From the UHGV virus genome UHGV-0137099: a stretch of 25,615 nucleotides of DNA; one strand, given 5' to 3'. Of this stretch, positions 1 through 6,996 are shown piece after piece; the stretch's first letter is position 1; each line of letters begins with the position of its first letter. Both the position numbers and the translations under genes were made by a program. Source of the stretch: a virus. The notes under the pieces were generated by a model. The model was given only the letters and a program-made list of their open reading frames with translations. It was not told the origin of the DNA and searched no databases.

Positions 1-21
1 CGACTCCGGAACGCGCCTCCA
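1..21 (+). tRNA. cysT: tRNA-Cys, 3' end only (truncated by the window edge)
   Basis: Bases 1-21 CGACTCCGGAACGCGCCTCCA match, from memory, the T-arm/acceptor 3' end of enterobacterial tRNA-Cys(GCA) ending in CCA; it sits 13 nt upstream of the tRNA-Leu as in the cysT-leuZ arrangement. Confidence 0.6.
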
Positions 22-34
22 CTTTATATCCCGA

Positions 35-121
35 GCCCGGATGGTGGAATCGGTAGACACAAGGGATTTAAAATCCCTCGGCGTTCGCGCTGTGCGGGTT
101 CAAGTCCCGCTCCGGGTACCA
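35..121 (+). tRNA. leuZ: tRNA-Leu (anticodon UAA), type II tRNA with long variable arm
   Basis: 87 nt; acceptor stem GCCCGGA pairs with TCCGGGT followed by ACCA; anticodon stem AGGGA/TCCCT with loop TTTAAAA giving anticodon TAA; T-arm GGTTCAAGTCC. Likely integration target of the adjacent integrase. Confidence 0.85.
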
Positions 122-163
122 TTGGGATAAAGCTAATAAAATCAATGATAAGCAGTGTCGTGT

Positions 164-189
164 AAAACCACCTACGGGTGGTTTTTTTA
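164..189 (+). terminator. Rho-independent terminator downstream of the tRNA genes (possibly bidirectional)
   Basis: Hairpin CCACC-TACG-GGTGG flanked by AAAA upstream and TTTTTTT downstream. Confidence 0.6.
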
Positions 190-252
190 TGCCTGAAATT
201 CTCCTTTCCGAAGATGCGTCCGAAGATAATTTTTCAACGAACGCATAGCGAT

Positions 253-1269
253 TCATTTTTTCTGACCGCCGACAACCGGCACGATTTTAGTTTTCCTGTC
301 GTAAATCGCCGTTTGTCTCGAATTCTTATGTCCTGAAATCGCCTGTTTCTCCTCGAGGCTTCCTTCCAGATCAGAGACACCTTTCGCTTTCAGATCGTGG
401 AAAGTGAAATCTATCTGCAGGTGTGGGTTCTTTTCCTGCGCTGCGATTTTGGCGTCGCGCCAGCGTGAATTAAAACCATCGCGGGTATATTTGCTGCCGC
501 TGGTCTGGTGAATGACAAACAGGCTACGGATGCCCGGCTTTAACGGCAGGGAACGGGCGAGGGCGACAGCGGCGCGCAGGCGTGGAGACCATGCTTTGAT
601 TTGCTTCACGCCTGTTTTCCCCTGGCGGATAAAGATCCCGGTTTCGCGTATCTGGTCTTCAGTCAAAGCCAGCACATCGCTTTGTCTGGCGAGACACAAA
701 TAAGCGATTTCCATGGTGGCGCGAACTACGTCCGGAGCAACATCGTAAACCGCTTTGTATTCTTCGTCGGTGATGTAACGCTCTCGGGCCGTCTCTTTGA
801 ACTTCTTAACGCCCTGACAGGGATTATGATGAACGTAACCGCGCTCATAACCCCAACGGAATACCCGCGAAAGAAAACTCTTTTCCCGATTAGCCTGCGT
901 TTTACTGGCCATGCCACGCTGATCCATATAGCGCCGGATGTGTTCTGGTTTAATTTTATCCGGGTTAACCTTCCCGAATACCGGCAACACTTTGCCTGCG
1001 TATTTCGTGTAGTCTTTTCGGGTTTCTGCCGCTAAATCCTGCCAGTCAGGGGAAGACATAAATTGCTCGGCCAGCGCCTGAAACGTCTTGCGCTCGACTT
1101 CTTCTCCCATGGCTTTTTCATATGCCAGCCATACAGCTGATTGAGGCTCGGAGAGCGCACATAGCCTGATAGCCTTGTTATCTTTATTCCTGAATTCATA
1201 CGCCGCCTTGCCGCGATACACGCGGGGCGGCATCCAGTTATCTGCGGGGTTCTTACGCTTTCCGGCCAT
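253..1269 (-). CDS. int: Tyrosine-type site-specific integrase (lambda Int family)
   Basis: 338 aa; C-terminal catalytic region TFHDLKAKG ... GHKNSRQTAIYDR resembles lambda Int TFHELRS ... GHKSDTMASQYRDD (His/Arg/Tyr recombinase motifs); adjacent to a tRNA and reading toward it. Confidence 0.93.
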   Translation of the reverse strand: MAGKRKNPADNWMPPRVYRGKAAYEFRNKDNKAIRLCALSEPQSAVWLAYEKAMGEEVERKTFQALAEQFMSSPDWQDLAAETRKDYTKYAGKVLPVFGKVNPDKIKPEHIRRYMDQRGMASKTQANREKSFLSRVFRWGYERGYVHHNPCQGVKKFKETARERYITDEEYKAVYDVAPDVVRATMEIAYLCLARQSDVLALTEDQIRETGIFIRQGKTGVKQIKAWSPRLRAAVALARSLPLKPGIRSLFVIHQTSGSKYTRDGFNSRWRDAKIAAQEKNPHLQIDFTFHDLKAKGVSDLEGSLEEKQAISGHKNSRQTAIYDRKTKIVPVVGGQKK

Positions 1270-1498
1270 TAAAGATAGCTCCGAAGTCTGGTTCTTCCTC
1301 CCGCACCGTCTCTTCCTGCTGGTTGCGGTATTTAATCGGGTTCAGGAAATGGCCCCACGTCGTTTTAGGATGGCCGTCTGCCCTTTCCATGAAAAAGACT
1401 CCGGCCCGGCGTAGCGCTTCACACTGCCGCGATTTAAGCGGTGTCCCCGTCAGTTCGATCATTTCCTCTCTGGTGATGATGTCGTGATCGTGTCTCAT
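1253..1498 (-). CDS. xis: Excisionase-like small DNA-binding protein (putative Xis)
   Basis: 81-aa ORF directly upstream of int, overlapping the int start by 17 nt (classic xis-int arrangement); start preceded by GAGGAAAGACC. Product assigned by position and size only. Confidence 0.55.
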   Translation of the reverse strand: MRHDHDIITREEMIELTGTPLKSRQCEALRRAGVFFMERADGHPKTTWGHFLNPIKYRNQQEETVREEEPDFGAIFNGRKA

Positions 1499-1654
1499 GG
1501 TCTTTCCTCAGCATGCCGGCTATCGCGTTGTCTGCCGTATCGCAAGCGCGTTGGATATCGGACTGGGTCAGAGTCCTCTTTCTAACGCTGGCTGATAGCC
1601 TGCCAATTTTGATATCGAAATCTGAAAGTAAAAGTGTGCCTGGTTGCCAACGTA

Positions 1655-1691
1655 GCATTGTGATCTCCGGTTCATAGGTAGATCACAATGC
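1655..1691. repeat. Perfect 12-bp inverted repeat (GCATTGTGATCT / AGATCACAATGC) with a 13-nt spacer
   Basis: Read directly from sequence; lies in the non-coding gap upstream of xis on the minus-strand operon. Confidence 0.7.
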
Positions 1692-1707
1692 TAACGACGG
1701 TTGCGAG

Positions 1708-1893
1708 TTATTTCTGATTAGGCTTAATCAGGTTTGGTTTATTACGGAACGCGCCATTTTCGCGGGTGATTTTGGCACTGCGCGGGAAATGCATAGCCAG
1801 TTCACAACGCGCGCAGGCTTCGATTATCCCGTTAGTACCGTCCGGAAAAACGACGTGAAGCGCGTCGCCTCGTTTCAGTGTGAGTTTCAGCAT
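1708..1893 (-). CDS. Hypothetical small protein (61 aa, from the internal ATG of the 73-aa track ORF)
   Basis: ATG at 1893 lies 2 nt after the stop of the upstream gene (TGAtATG coupling); same strand as the operon. No recognisable motif. Confidence 0.4.
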   Translation of the reverse strand: MLKLTLKRGDALHVVFPDGTNGIIEACARCELAMHFPRSAKITRENGAFRNKPNLIKPNQK

Positions 1894-1894
1894 A

Positions 1895-2461
1895 TCAGCG
1901 CACCTGCAGTGAACGTTCGCCAATCTCAAGGTGAGCGCCCGGCACTGGGTTTAACAGTTCTTCCGGTATCTCTCCGCCGTCAGCGCTAATCTGGGCCGCT
2001 GCTGCCTGTGCTGATTCAATCGCTTCCTTGATGGCTTTCTTGTCCGGAGTGACTAACGTCTGAACTGTCACTAATTCATCCGGCAGTAATTCATCGTTAT
2101 CGATCACGACGTTTATAGCCCCCTTGCGTGCGGTAAAAGTATTTTTGGCGGTTTTAACCGTATCCTGACCGGCGGCCAGAAGGCACTGGAGAACATACTT
2201 CTTCAGGTTAGCGATCTTGCCTTCGAATGATTTTTTTCGGGCGGCGAGGCGTTTGGCCTCTTCATCGCAGGTTTTCGCCAGACCTTCCAGATTGCGAACG
2301 TGGACGAATACGGCATCCAGTTTATCGCCGAGTTGTAACTCGAGACCTTCCATTGTGTCGGCGATCATTTCCGGAGACAGACCAGAACCATCTTCATTTT
2401 CCAGAAGCGCCTGGAGTTTTGACATATCGGCAGCGATAGCAATAGCAGTAGTGGAAGTCAT
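1895..2461 (-). CDS. Hypothetical coiled-coil protein of the recombination module (possibly Gp157-like)
   Basis: 188 aa, acidic, helix-rich; start ATG overlaps the stop of the upstream annealase gene by 1 nt. Family assignment is by position next to an annealase only. Confidence 0.5.
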   Translation of the reverse strand: MTSTTAIAIAADMSKLQALLENEDGSGLSPEMIADTMEGLELQLGDKLDAVFVHVRNLEGLAKTCDEEAKRLAARKKSFEGKIANLKKYVLQCLLAAGQDTVKTAKNTFTARKGAINVVIDNDELLPDELVTVQTLVTPDKKAIKEAIESAQAAAAQISADGGEIPEELLNPVPGAHLEIGERSLQVR

Positions 2462-4611
2462 TATGCTTTCTCCTCGGCTTTATTCAGTTCCTTAATACGG
2501 CCATCCTTAATGGTGATGAGTCGGCGGAGTCGGCCAGACAGATAGCGTTCATGCTGCGTATCGCCGTTGGCCTGGGCGGCTTTAATGTGTACATCGATCT
2601 CACGTGCAATAGGGGAAAATACGCCATTGATTTCGTTCACCGTCACGCCATGCGCCAGGGTATTCGCAACGCGGCTTAATTTGTCGTCAAACTCCTGGCG
2701 AAGCCGTGCTGCATCTTCGGCTGATTCGCTGGCATTCTTCAGGTCAAACTCGGCCTTATTCTTCTGGCGGTACTCCAGATTGTCGTAAAGCCCCATAAAG
2801 ATATCGCCGCTGAATCCGAGGCCGGATAACGCTTTTTTGGTCGCATCAGTCAGTGATTTCTTGGCTGCTTCGCCGTCGCAGGTGATCCCATATTTACTGC
2901 CGTAGATGTAGGGTGTACAGCCGTATGCTGTTTCCTCACCTCGTACGCCGTTCAGGATGTACCAGAGCCGGACAGTCACAACATGGTGCTGTTCGTTGAC
3001 GGTATTACCATTCCCATCAAGAACCAGCTCCCACGATGCGTTGTTGTCTTTTCCTTTTACCTGGCGAGAGATCGGCGCGCCAATATCGAAACGCTCTTCA
3101 ACAATATCCACGCCCCAGCCGATACCCTTAGGGCCAAACTCACGGGTGGCGAGCATGGTCATGTAGGTACCGTTGATCGAGGTGCCACCGCCGTTCTGTG
3201 TGAAAGCCTTAGTAAACCTTTCGTCGGTTTTAAATACGCGTTTCCAGAGGTCTAAATTGTCTTCCCCGATGATTGGTTTTCCGACAGCCTGCACAACATC
3301 CTCAGCGTTAGGCAGGCTTTCAGCGTGAGCGATTTGTTTTGCTAAACGCTCGGAATCATCAGCCAGTTTTTCAGCCTTAACGCTTAACTTCTCTTCCGGC
3401 TCTGCACCTTCACCAGAGGCATATACGCCATAACCCATATCATTGAGCGTCTCACGCGCCTGTTTGGCCTGGGTGTCGGTTACAACCGGCTGCGGCGCTT
3501 CCACTTTTTCGCCCACGTTTGAGGCGGTATTTTGCGTCGCCTCTGGTTGTTTAACGGATCCTGTCTCGGTTTCCTCAAAGCGGCCGTTGGCCGCCAGCCA
3601 TGAATCGATATGGCGGCGCAGGCTGTCAGGGAAATGGTAGGTATCTTTCGCCGGTACGTTTTGTACCACGCCGAAGATGCTGGCGCGGTCGTATTTGAGT
3701 ATCTGCGGCGTGGTGTGCAGCGATGCTGACCAGCGTTTAAAATCTTCCCGGTCATCGGAAATCATCTTCTTAGCGTCCAGAAGGTTTCCGGATAGTACCG
3801 GCGCATCAGGCGCCAGCGGGAGAAGGGCGGTAGCGATCTCCTGATCCAGCGTTGCATAAGTGTGTTTATACCCGCGCTTAGAAATTACCACTGGCGTTTT
3901 ATCATCGGTGCTGGTGCTGAGAGCGGTATTTTTATATACGCCAGGGGCCAGTTCGTCGCGTTTGCCCGGATTCTCAAGCCAGCTTTTAACGAACTGAGAG
4001 ATAGCCGCTTTACCCGGCGTCTGGTTTTCAAAGTGGGAGAAAATACCCTGAATAAGATTGTTCAGACCTTCCACATGCATGCTTTGAATCGGGAAGTTAT
4101 TTTGCAGGGCGCACAGCACGTTAAAGTTGAAGCGGTCTTCTTCTTCAAATTCCCCATCGTGGTTTTTCAGGTTATCCAGATAATCCACAACCTGAGAATA
4201 AAGATGGCCATCAATCGCCGCGGTGCTAAAAAGCAGGACGGCAGCAAAGCGTTCTTCAGCGGAAACGGTCATAAGGTCGATCACTTCATCGTCGGCAGGT
4301 AAACCAGCACTACTTCCGGAAGCGCTATCCTGCACAGTAGAAATCCATTTTTCACCGTCAAAAGTATGCTGCTGGGCGAATGACTCATCGAACTGGCCAA
4401 CGGTAGGCAGCGGCTGGCCTTCAATGTGTTCCCACAGTTTCGGTTTGAAATAGTTGTCACCATTGGCCGGGTATGATTCCCAGAGTTTGCCGGTCATAAT
4501 GCTTTCGGCCACTTTTTTGTTTGGCGCATCGATTGCGATCGTCAGCTGAACGGCGCCGCAGTCTTTAATCGCCGATTTCTTTGGCTCAAATAAGCCGTTG
4601 TAGATGGTCAT
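2461..4611 (-). CDS. Rad52-family single-strand annealing protein with a ~450-aa N-terminal extension of unknown function
   Basis: C-terminal region FGPKGIGWG ... AYGCTPYIYGSKYG ... AAKKSLTDATKKALSGLGFSG resembles the Rad52 annealing core (FGYNGW ... KARKEAVTDGLKRALRSFG). Start chosen at ATG 4611 (MTIYNGLF...), which is directly preceded by GAGGAAAGACCA; the track's longer start at 4644 lacks this. Confidence 0.75.
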   Translation of the reverse strand: MTIYNGLFEPKKSAIKDCGAVQLTIAIDAPNKKVAESIMTGKLWESYPANGDNYFKPKLWEHIEGQPLPTVGQFDESFAQQHTFDGEKWISTVQDSASGSSAGLPADDEVIDLMTVSAEERFAAVLLFSTAAIDGHLYSQVVDYLDNLKNHDGEFEEEDRFNFNVLCALQNNFPIQSMHVEGLNNLIQGIFSHFENQTPGKAAISQFVKSWLENPGKRDELAPGVYKNTALSTSTDDKTPVVISKRGYKHTYATLDQEIATALLPLAPDAPVLSGNLLDAKKMISDDREDFKRWSASLHTTPQILKYDRASIFGVVQNVPAKDTYHFPDSLRRHIDSWLAANGRFEETETGSVKQPEATQNTASNVGEKVEAPQPVVTDTQAKQARETLNDMGYGVYASGEGAEPEEKLSVKAEKLADDSERLAKQIAHAESLPNAEDVVQAVGKPIIGEDNLDLWKRVFKTDERFTKAFTQNGGGTSINGTYMTMLATREFGPKGIGWGVDIVEERFDIGAPISRQVKGKDNNASWELVLDGNGNTVNEQHHVVTVRLWYILNGVRGEETAYGCTPYIYGSKYGITCDGEAAKKSLTDATKKALSGLGFSGDIFMGLYDNLEYRQKNKAEFDLKNASESAEDAARLRQEFDDKLSRVANTLAHGVTVNEINGVFSPIAREIDVHIKAAQANGDTQHERYLSGRLRRLITIKDGRIKELNKAEEKA

Positions 4612-4655
4612 TGGTCTTTCCTCTTGGTTTCTGGCGCAGGTCACGCGCCGGTTAA

Positions 4656-4979
4656 TTAAAACGGTACGTCGCTTTCTTCAATCGGAGAGTGATCGATGCA
4701 CAGCAGCTGCTGAATCTGGTCTTCAATAACACCCAGCTCCTTCTTAGCTTCGGCAGAGATTTTCTCTTTCTTCGCGCGAAGGGCATTAACCTGCATACCA
4801 ATAATGTCGATTGGTTCTAAAGCCGGGATGGCAACCTCTACCGTTTTGGTAGTAACGAGGACATACAGATCAGGGTATTGCTGTGACATGTCACAGGTGA
4901 ATGAGTGATAAGACGTTGGTAGATATGGGTTCGTTGTGGCCATAACGTAAACAGTTACGGGGATGGTAAGCGCTTCCAT
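4656..4979 (-). CDS. Hypothetical protein (107 aa)
   Basis: ORF on the operon strand with a strong SD (AAGGAG, 6-nt spacing) before ATG 4979. An alternative layout is an upstream 47-aa ORF from 5035 coupled to an internal ATG at 4889 (see findings). Confidence 0.5.
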   Translation of the reverse strand: MEALTIPVTVYVMATTNPYLPTSYHSFTCDMSQQYPDLYVLVTTKTVEVAIPALEPIDIIGMQVNALRAKKEKISAEAKKELGVIEDQIQQLLCIDHSPIEESDVPF

Positions 4980-5035
4980 AGCGACTCCTTGTTGATGTAT
5001 ACTCAGAGCCGATCAGTGTTGACTCTGTCGGCATT

Positions 5036-5427
5036 GGTCTTTCCTCATCACAAGCTTGGTCGCTTGTGATAAGTCCGAATGGTTTGGTCACCGTTCGGGG
5101 TAACTGGCCCGCCTTGTGCGGGCCTTTTGCCATCTAAAGGTTGCCGGTCTTTCCCGGCTGTCAGGGCTGGTCACGCCCGTTGGTCATTGGTCTTTCCTCC
5201 CGGTCTTTCCCGGCGCCAGAGCTGGTCAGGCTCGCTGGTCTTTCCTCACAGGCTCCCTCTTTTCGAGGGCTTCAGTTTTCACTGAACGGTCGCATAAATC
5301 TTTACTGTGTTAAAAAAATGCCCGGGGCGCCCGGGCCAAGACTACACACAGCAATTCGTATTCGTTGCGGTCTTTCCCGCATGTCATCGTACTGTCGGCG
5401 ACCCGAAGAATTCGTGCCCGTCTTTCC
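5036..5427. repeat. Array of at least 7 copies of the core GGTCTTTCC (minus-strand sense GGAAAGACC), several extended to CGGTCTTTCCCGG...CTGTCAG/GCTGGTC units
   Basis: Copies at 5036, 5146, 5189, 5202, 5237, 5369 and a degenerate one at 5419; the same core precedes start codons at 1499 and 4613. Confidence 0.8.
5312..5336 (-). terminator. Rho-independent terminator for leftward transcription
   Basis: GC hairpin GCCCGG-GGCGC-CCGGGC; on the minus strand it is followed by ATTTTTTT. Confidence 0.6.
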
Positions 5428-5581
5428 GGACTGTCAGAACTGTTTCTGAACAACTGCCGCGTGGTTAGTGCGTCGTTGATGTGATGTAATTTAGGTAAAT
5501 CTAACAAATTGGTCAATGATTAAATTAGAAAAAACGAACAATATGAGCGTAAAAAAATACATCTATCTGATTAGAAAGGGA

Positions 5582-5968
5582 TTATTTTTGTTTGCGGGCT
5601 TGCAGTAACTCTTCAAATAAACGATTGAAACCGTCTACTTTTTCGCGAAGTTCCGTTAAATGCCGCTCTTTTTCAGATTCAGGGAGTGACGAAAAGAGTT
5701 TTAAAAGCTCTGTTTCTCGTTCATCTAACGGCGGCGGGGTGTCTACCGGGGTTCCCGGAGTGGCGGCTTCATCGCCGTAAAGTATCCAGGTAGGGCTGCA
5801 TTGAAGTGCGTTACTTAAAGCGAATAGGTTTTTCCCGCCAGGCTCACTATCACCGGTCTCCCACTGGGAGATAGTGACGTGCGCGACGTTAACCAGCTTC
5901 GCTAAAGCGCGCTGAGTAAGTTTGAGATCTTTTCTACGCGCTCTGATGCGCTCACCTGGCATTGTCAT
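5582..5968 (-). CDS. Phage repressor, short XRE-family HTH protein without a LexA-like peptidase domain
   Basis: 128 aa; N-terminal HTH (LKLTQRALAKLVNVAHVTISQWETG); divergent from a Cro-like gene; no SD upstream of the ATG, so possibly leaderless like lambda cI from pRM. Confidence 0.8.
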   Translation of the reverse strand: MTMPGERIRARRKDLKLTQRALAKLVNVAHVTISQWETGDSEPGGKNLFALSNALQCSPTWILYGDEAATPGTPVDTPPPLDERETELLKLFSSLPESEKERHLTELREKVDGFNRLFEELLQARKQK

Positions 5969-5970
5969 AG

Positions 5971-6025
5971 TTAGATAATTCTAAATTTCCTTGACTTCGT
6001 TATCTCGAACACCTAATTTGTTAGG
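5971..6025. promoter_or_regulatory. Immunity-region operators and a rightward sigma70-like promoter (pR-like)
   Basis: Palindromes TTAGATAATTCTAA (5971-5984) and CCTAATTTGTTAGG (6012-6025); -35 TTGACT (5991-5996), 17-bp spacer, -10 TAATTT (6014-6019); SD CAGGAGGG before the cro-like ATG at 6049. Confidence 0.55.
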
Positions 6026-6048
6026 AAAATCTAACAGGAGGGTGTTTC

Positions 6049-6243
6049 ATGTTAACAACTGATGCGATCAAATATTTTGGTAGTAAGAGAAAACTGGCTG
6101 AGGCCGCTGGCGTTAAGGCTCCTACTGTCTATGCGTGGGGGCGTTTGGTTCCTGAAGGTAAAGCGGCTCGTTTGTCTCTGATGACTGATGGCGAACTTGT
6201 TTATGACCCAAAGGCTTACCAACTGCCAGCCAAATCAGCTTAA
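6049..6243 (+). CDS. cro: Cro-like repressor (P22 Cro family)
   Basis: 64 aa; IKYFGSKRKLAEAAGVKAPTVYAWGRLVPEGKAARLSLMTDGELVY parallels P22 Cro IDHFGTQRAVAKALGISDAAVSQWKEVIPEKDAYRLEIVTAGALKY (recalled from memory); divergent from the repressor. Confidence 0.8.
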   Translation: MLTTDAIKYFGSKRKLAEAAGVKAPTVYAWGRLVPEGKAARLSLMTDGELVYDPKAYQLPAKSA

Positions 6244-6305
6244 CAATTGGCGGCATCGAAATCTGATTACGCTTAATCAATTTTCAGCGACAGGAGACGC
6301 TCGAA

Positions 6306-6752
6306 GTGGAATACCTCGAAGAACTTAAACGAGAGATCTTTAACTGGGCAGCGGAAAGCGGGCAGGAGCTGGTTGCTATCGAGATAAGCCGCATGTGGTT
6401 TCGTCTTGGTGGTAATACCGGTTCGCTGAAGCTGCACCAGATCGAAGATGCAGATGGAAACGCCGACTGGCGGGCAATCAACAACAACCGCCAACAAATT
6501 TTTCGTTGGTTGAGAGGCGAGACCAAAGCCGCGAGAGCCAAAACTCTGGCGCTGGTCAAAGCGATGGAAGCGGCGCTGCCGGCAGAGCGTTACGCTCGCT
6601 TGGGTATGTCCACCCAGTATTTAATTTGTGTGGCCATTCGTGAGTTTGCCGCGGCGATTATCGCGTTGTTACTCGACGCCAGAGACGGGCCGCAGCAAGT
6701 CGCCAGAGCATTGCAAGCTATGCGAGAAACACAGCGCCTGACCAGCGTTTAA
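6306..6752 (+). CDS. Early regulatory protein, possibly CII-like / YdaT-family
   Basis: 148 aa with GTG start and AGGAG SD; sits where cII lies in lambdoid phages (right after cro). Family call is tentative. Confidence 0.45.
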   Translation: MEYLEELKREIFNWAAESGQELVAIEISRMWFRLGGNTGSLKLHQIEDADGNADWRAINNNRQQIFRWLRGETKAARAKTLALVKAMEAALPAERYARLGMSTQYLICVAIREFAAAIIALLLDARDGPQQVARALQAMRETQRLTSV

Positions 6753-6772
6753 CCTGTACCGAGGAAAGACCA

Positions 6773-6994
6773 ATGAGAACACAAGACCGCATCACCTGGC
6801 GGAACGGGTTTCGCCGGAACGGGGTACAAGTCCCGATAGAAGATATCGAATCGATTTTCGAGGAACGTCGCGCTACTGCGCTGACAATCTGGGAACGCTA
6901 TGAACTGCGTAAGGCAGACCTACAGGAAGCGGGACTCACCCAGAAAGAATACGAAATCGCCTGCCGCCAGCTGGCTGACTCGCTGGGGATTTGA
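6773..6994 (+). CDS. Hypothetical protein (73 aa)
   Basis: Start preceded by the conserved GAGGAAAGACCAATG module and an upstream GC hairpin. Confidence 0.5.
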   Translation: MRTQDRITWRNGFRRNGVQVPIEDIESIFEERRATALTIWERYELRKADLQEAGLTQKEYEIACRQLADSLGI

Positions 6995-6996
6995 CT

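Noticed and set aside
68-256. 62-aa minus-strand ORF overlapping the tRNA-Leu gene and terminator
   Set aside because: It runs antisense through a structured tRNA and an intrinsic terminator; most likely a chance ORF.
512-1035. Plus-strand ORFs (63 and 144 aa) and a 63-aa minus-strand ORF inside the integrase gene
   Set aside because: They are fully contained within or antisense to the well-supported integrase reading frame; typical shadow ORFs.
1434-1658. 74-aa minus-strand ORF overlapping the excisionase start
   Set aside because: Overlaps xis by 65 nt in another frame and starts inside the 12-bp inverted repeat; no SD.
3862-4302. 146-aa plus-strand ORF inside the Rad52-fusion gene
   Set aside because: Antisense to a long, motif-supported CDS; no independent evidence.
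5036-5427. Possibility that the repeat array is a CRISPR array
   Set aside because: The repeats are only 9-30 bp, degenerate and irregularly spaced, with no uniform spacers and no cas genes nearby; they share their core with gene-start motifs elsewhere in the element.
5079-5449. Three overlapping plus-strand ORFs (65-102 aa) across the repeat array
   Set aside because: They read antisense to the leftward operon, have proline/arginine-rich low-complexity translations generated by the GC-rich repeats, and overlap each other.
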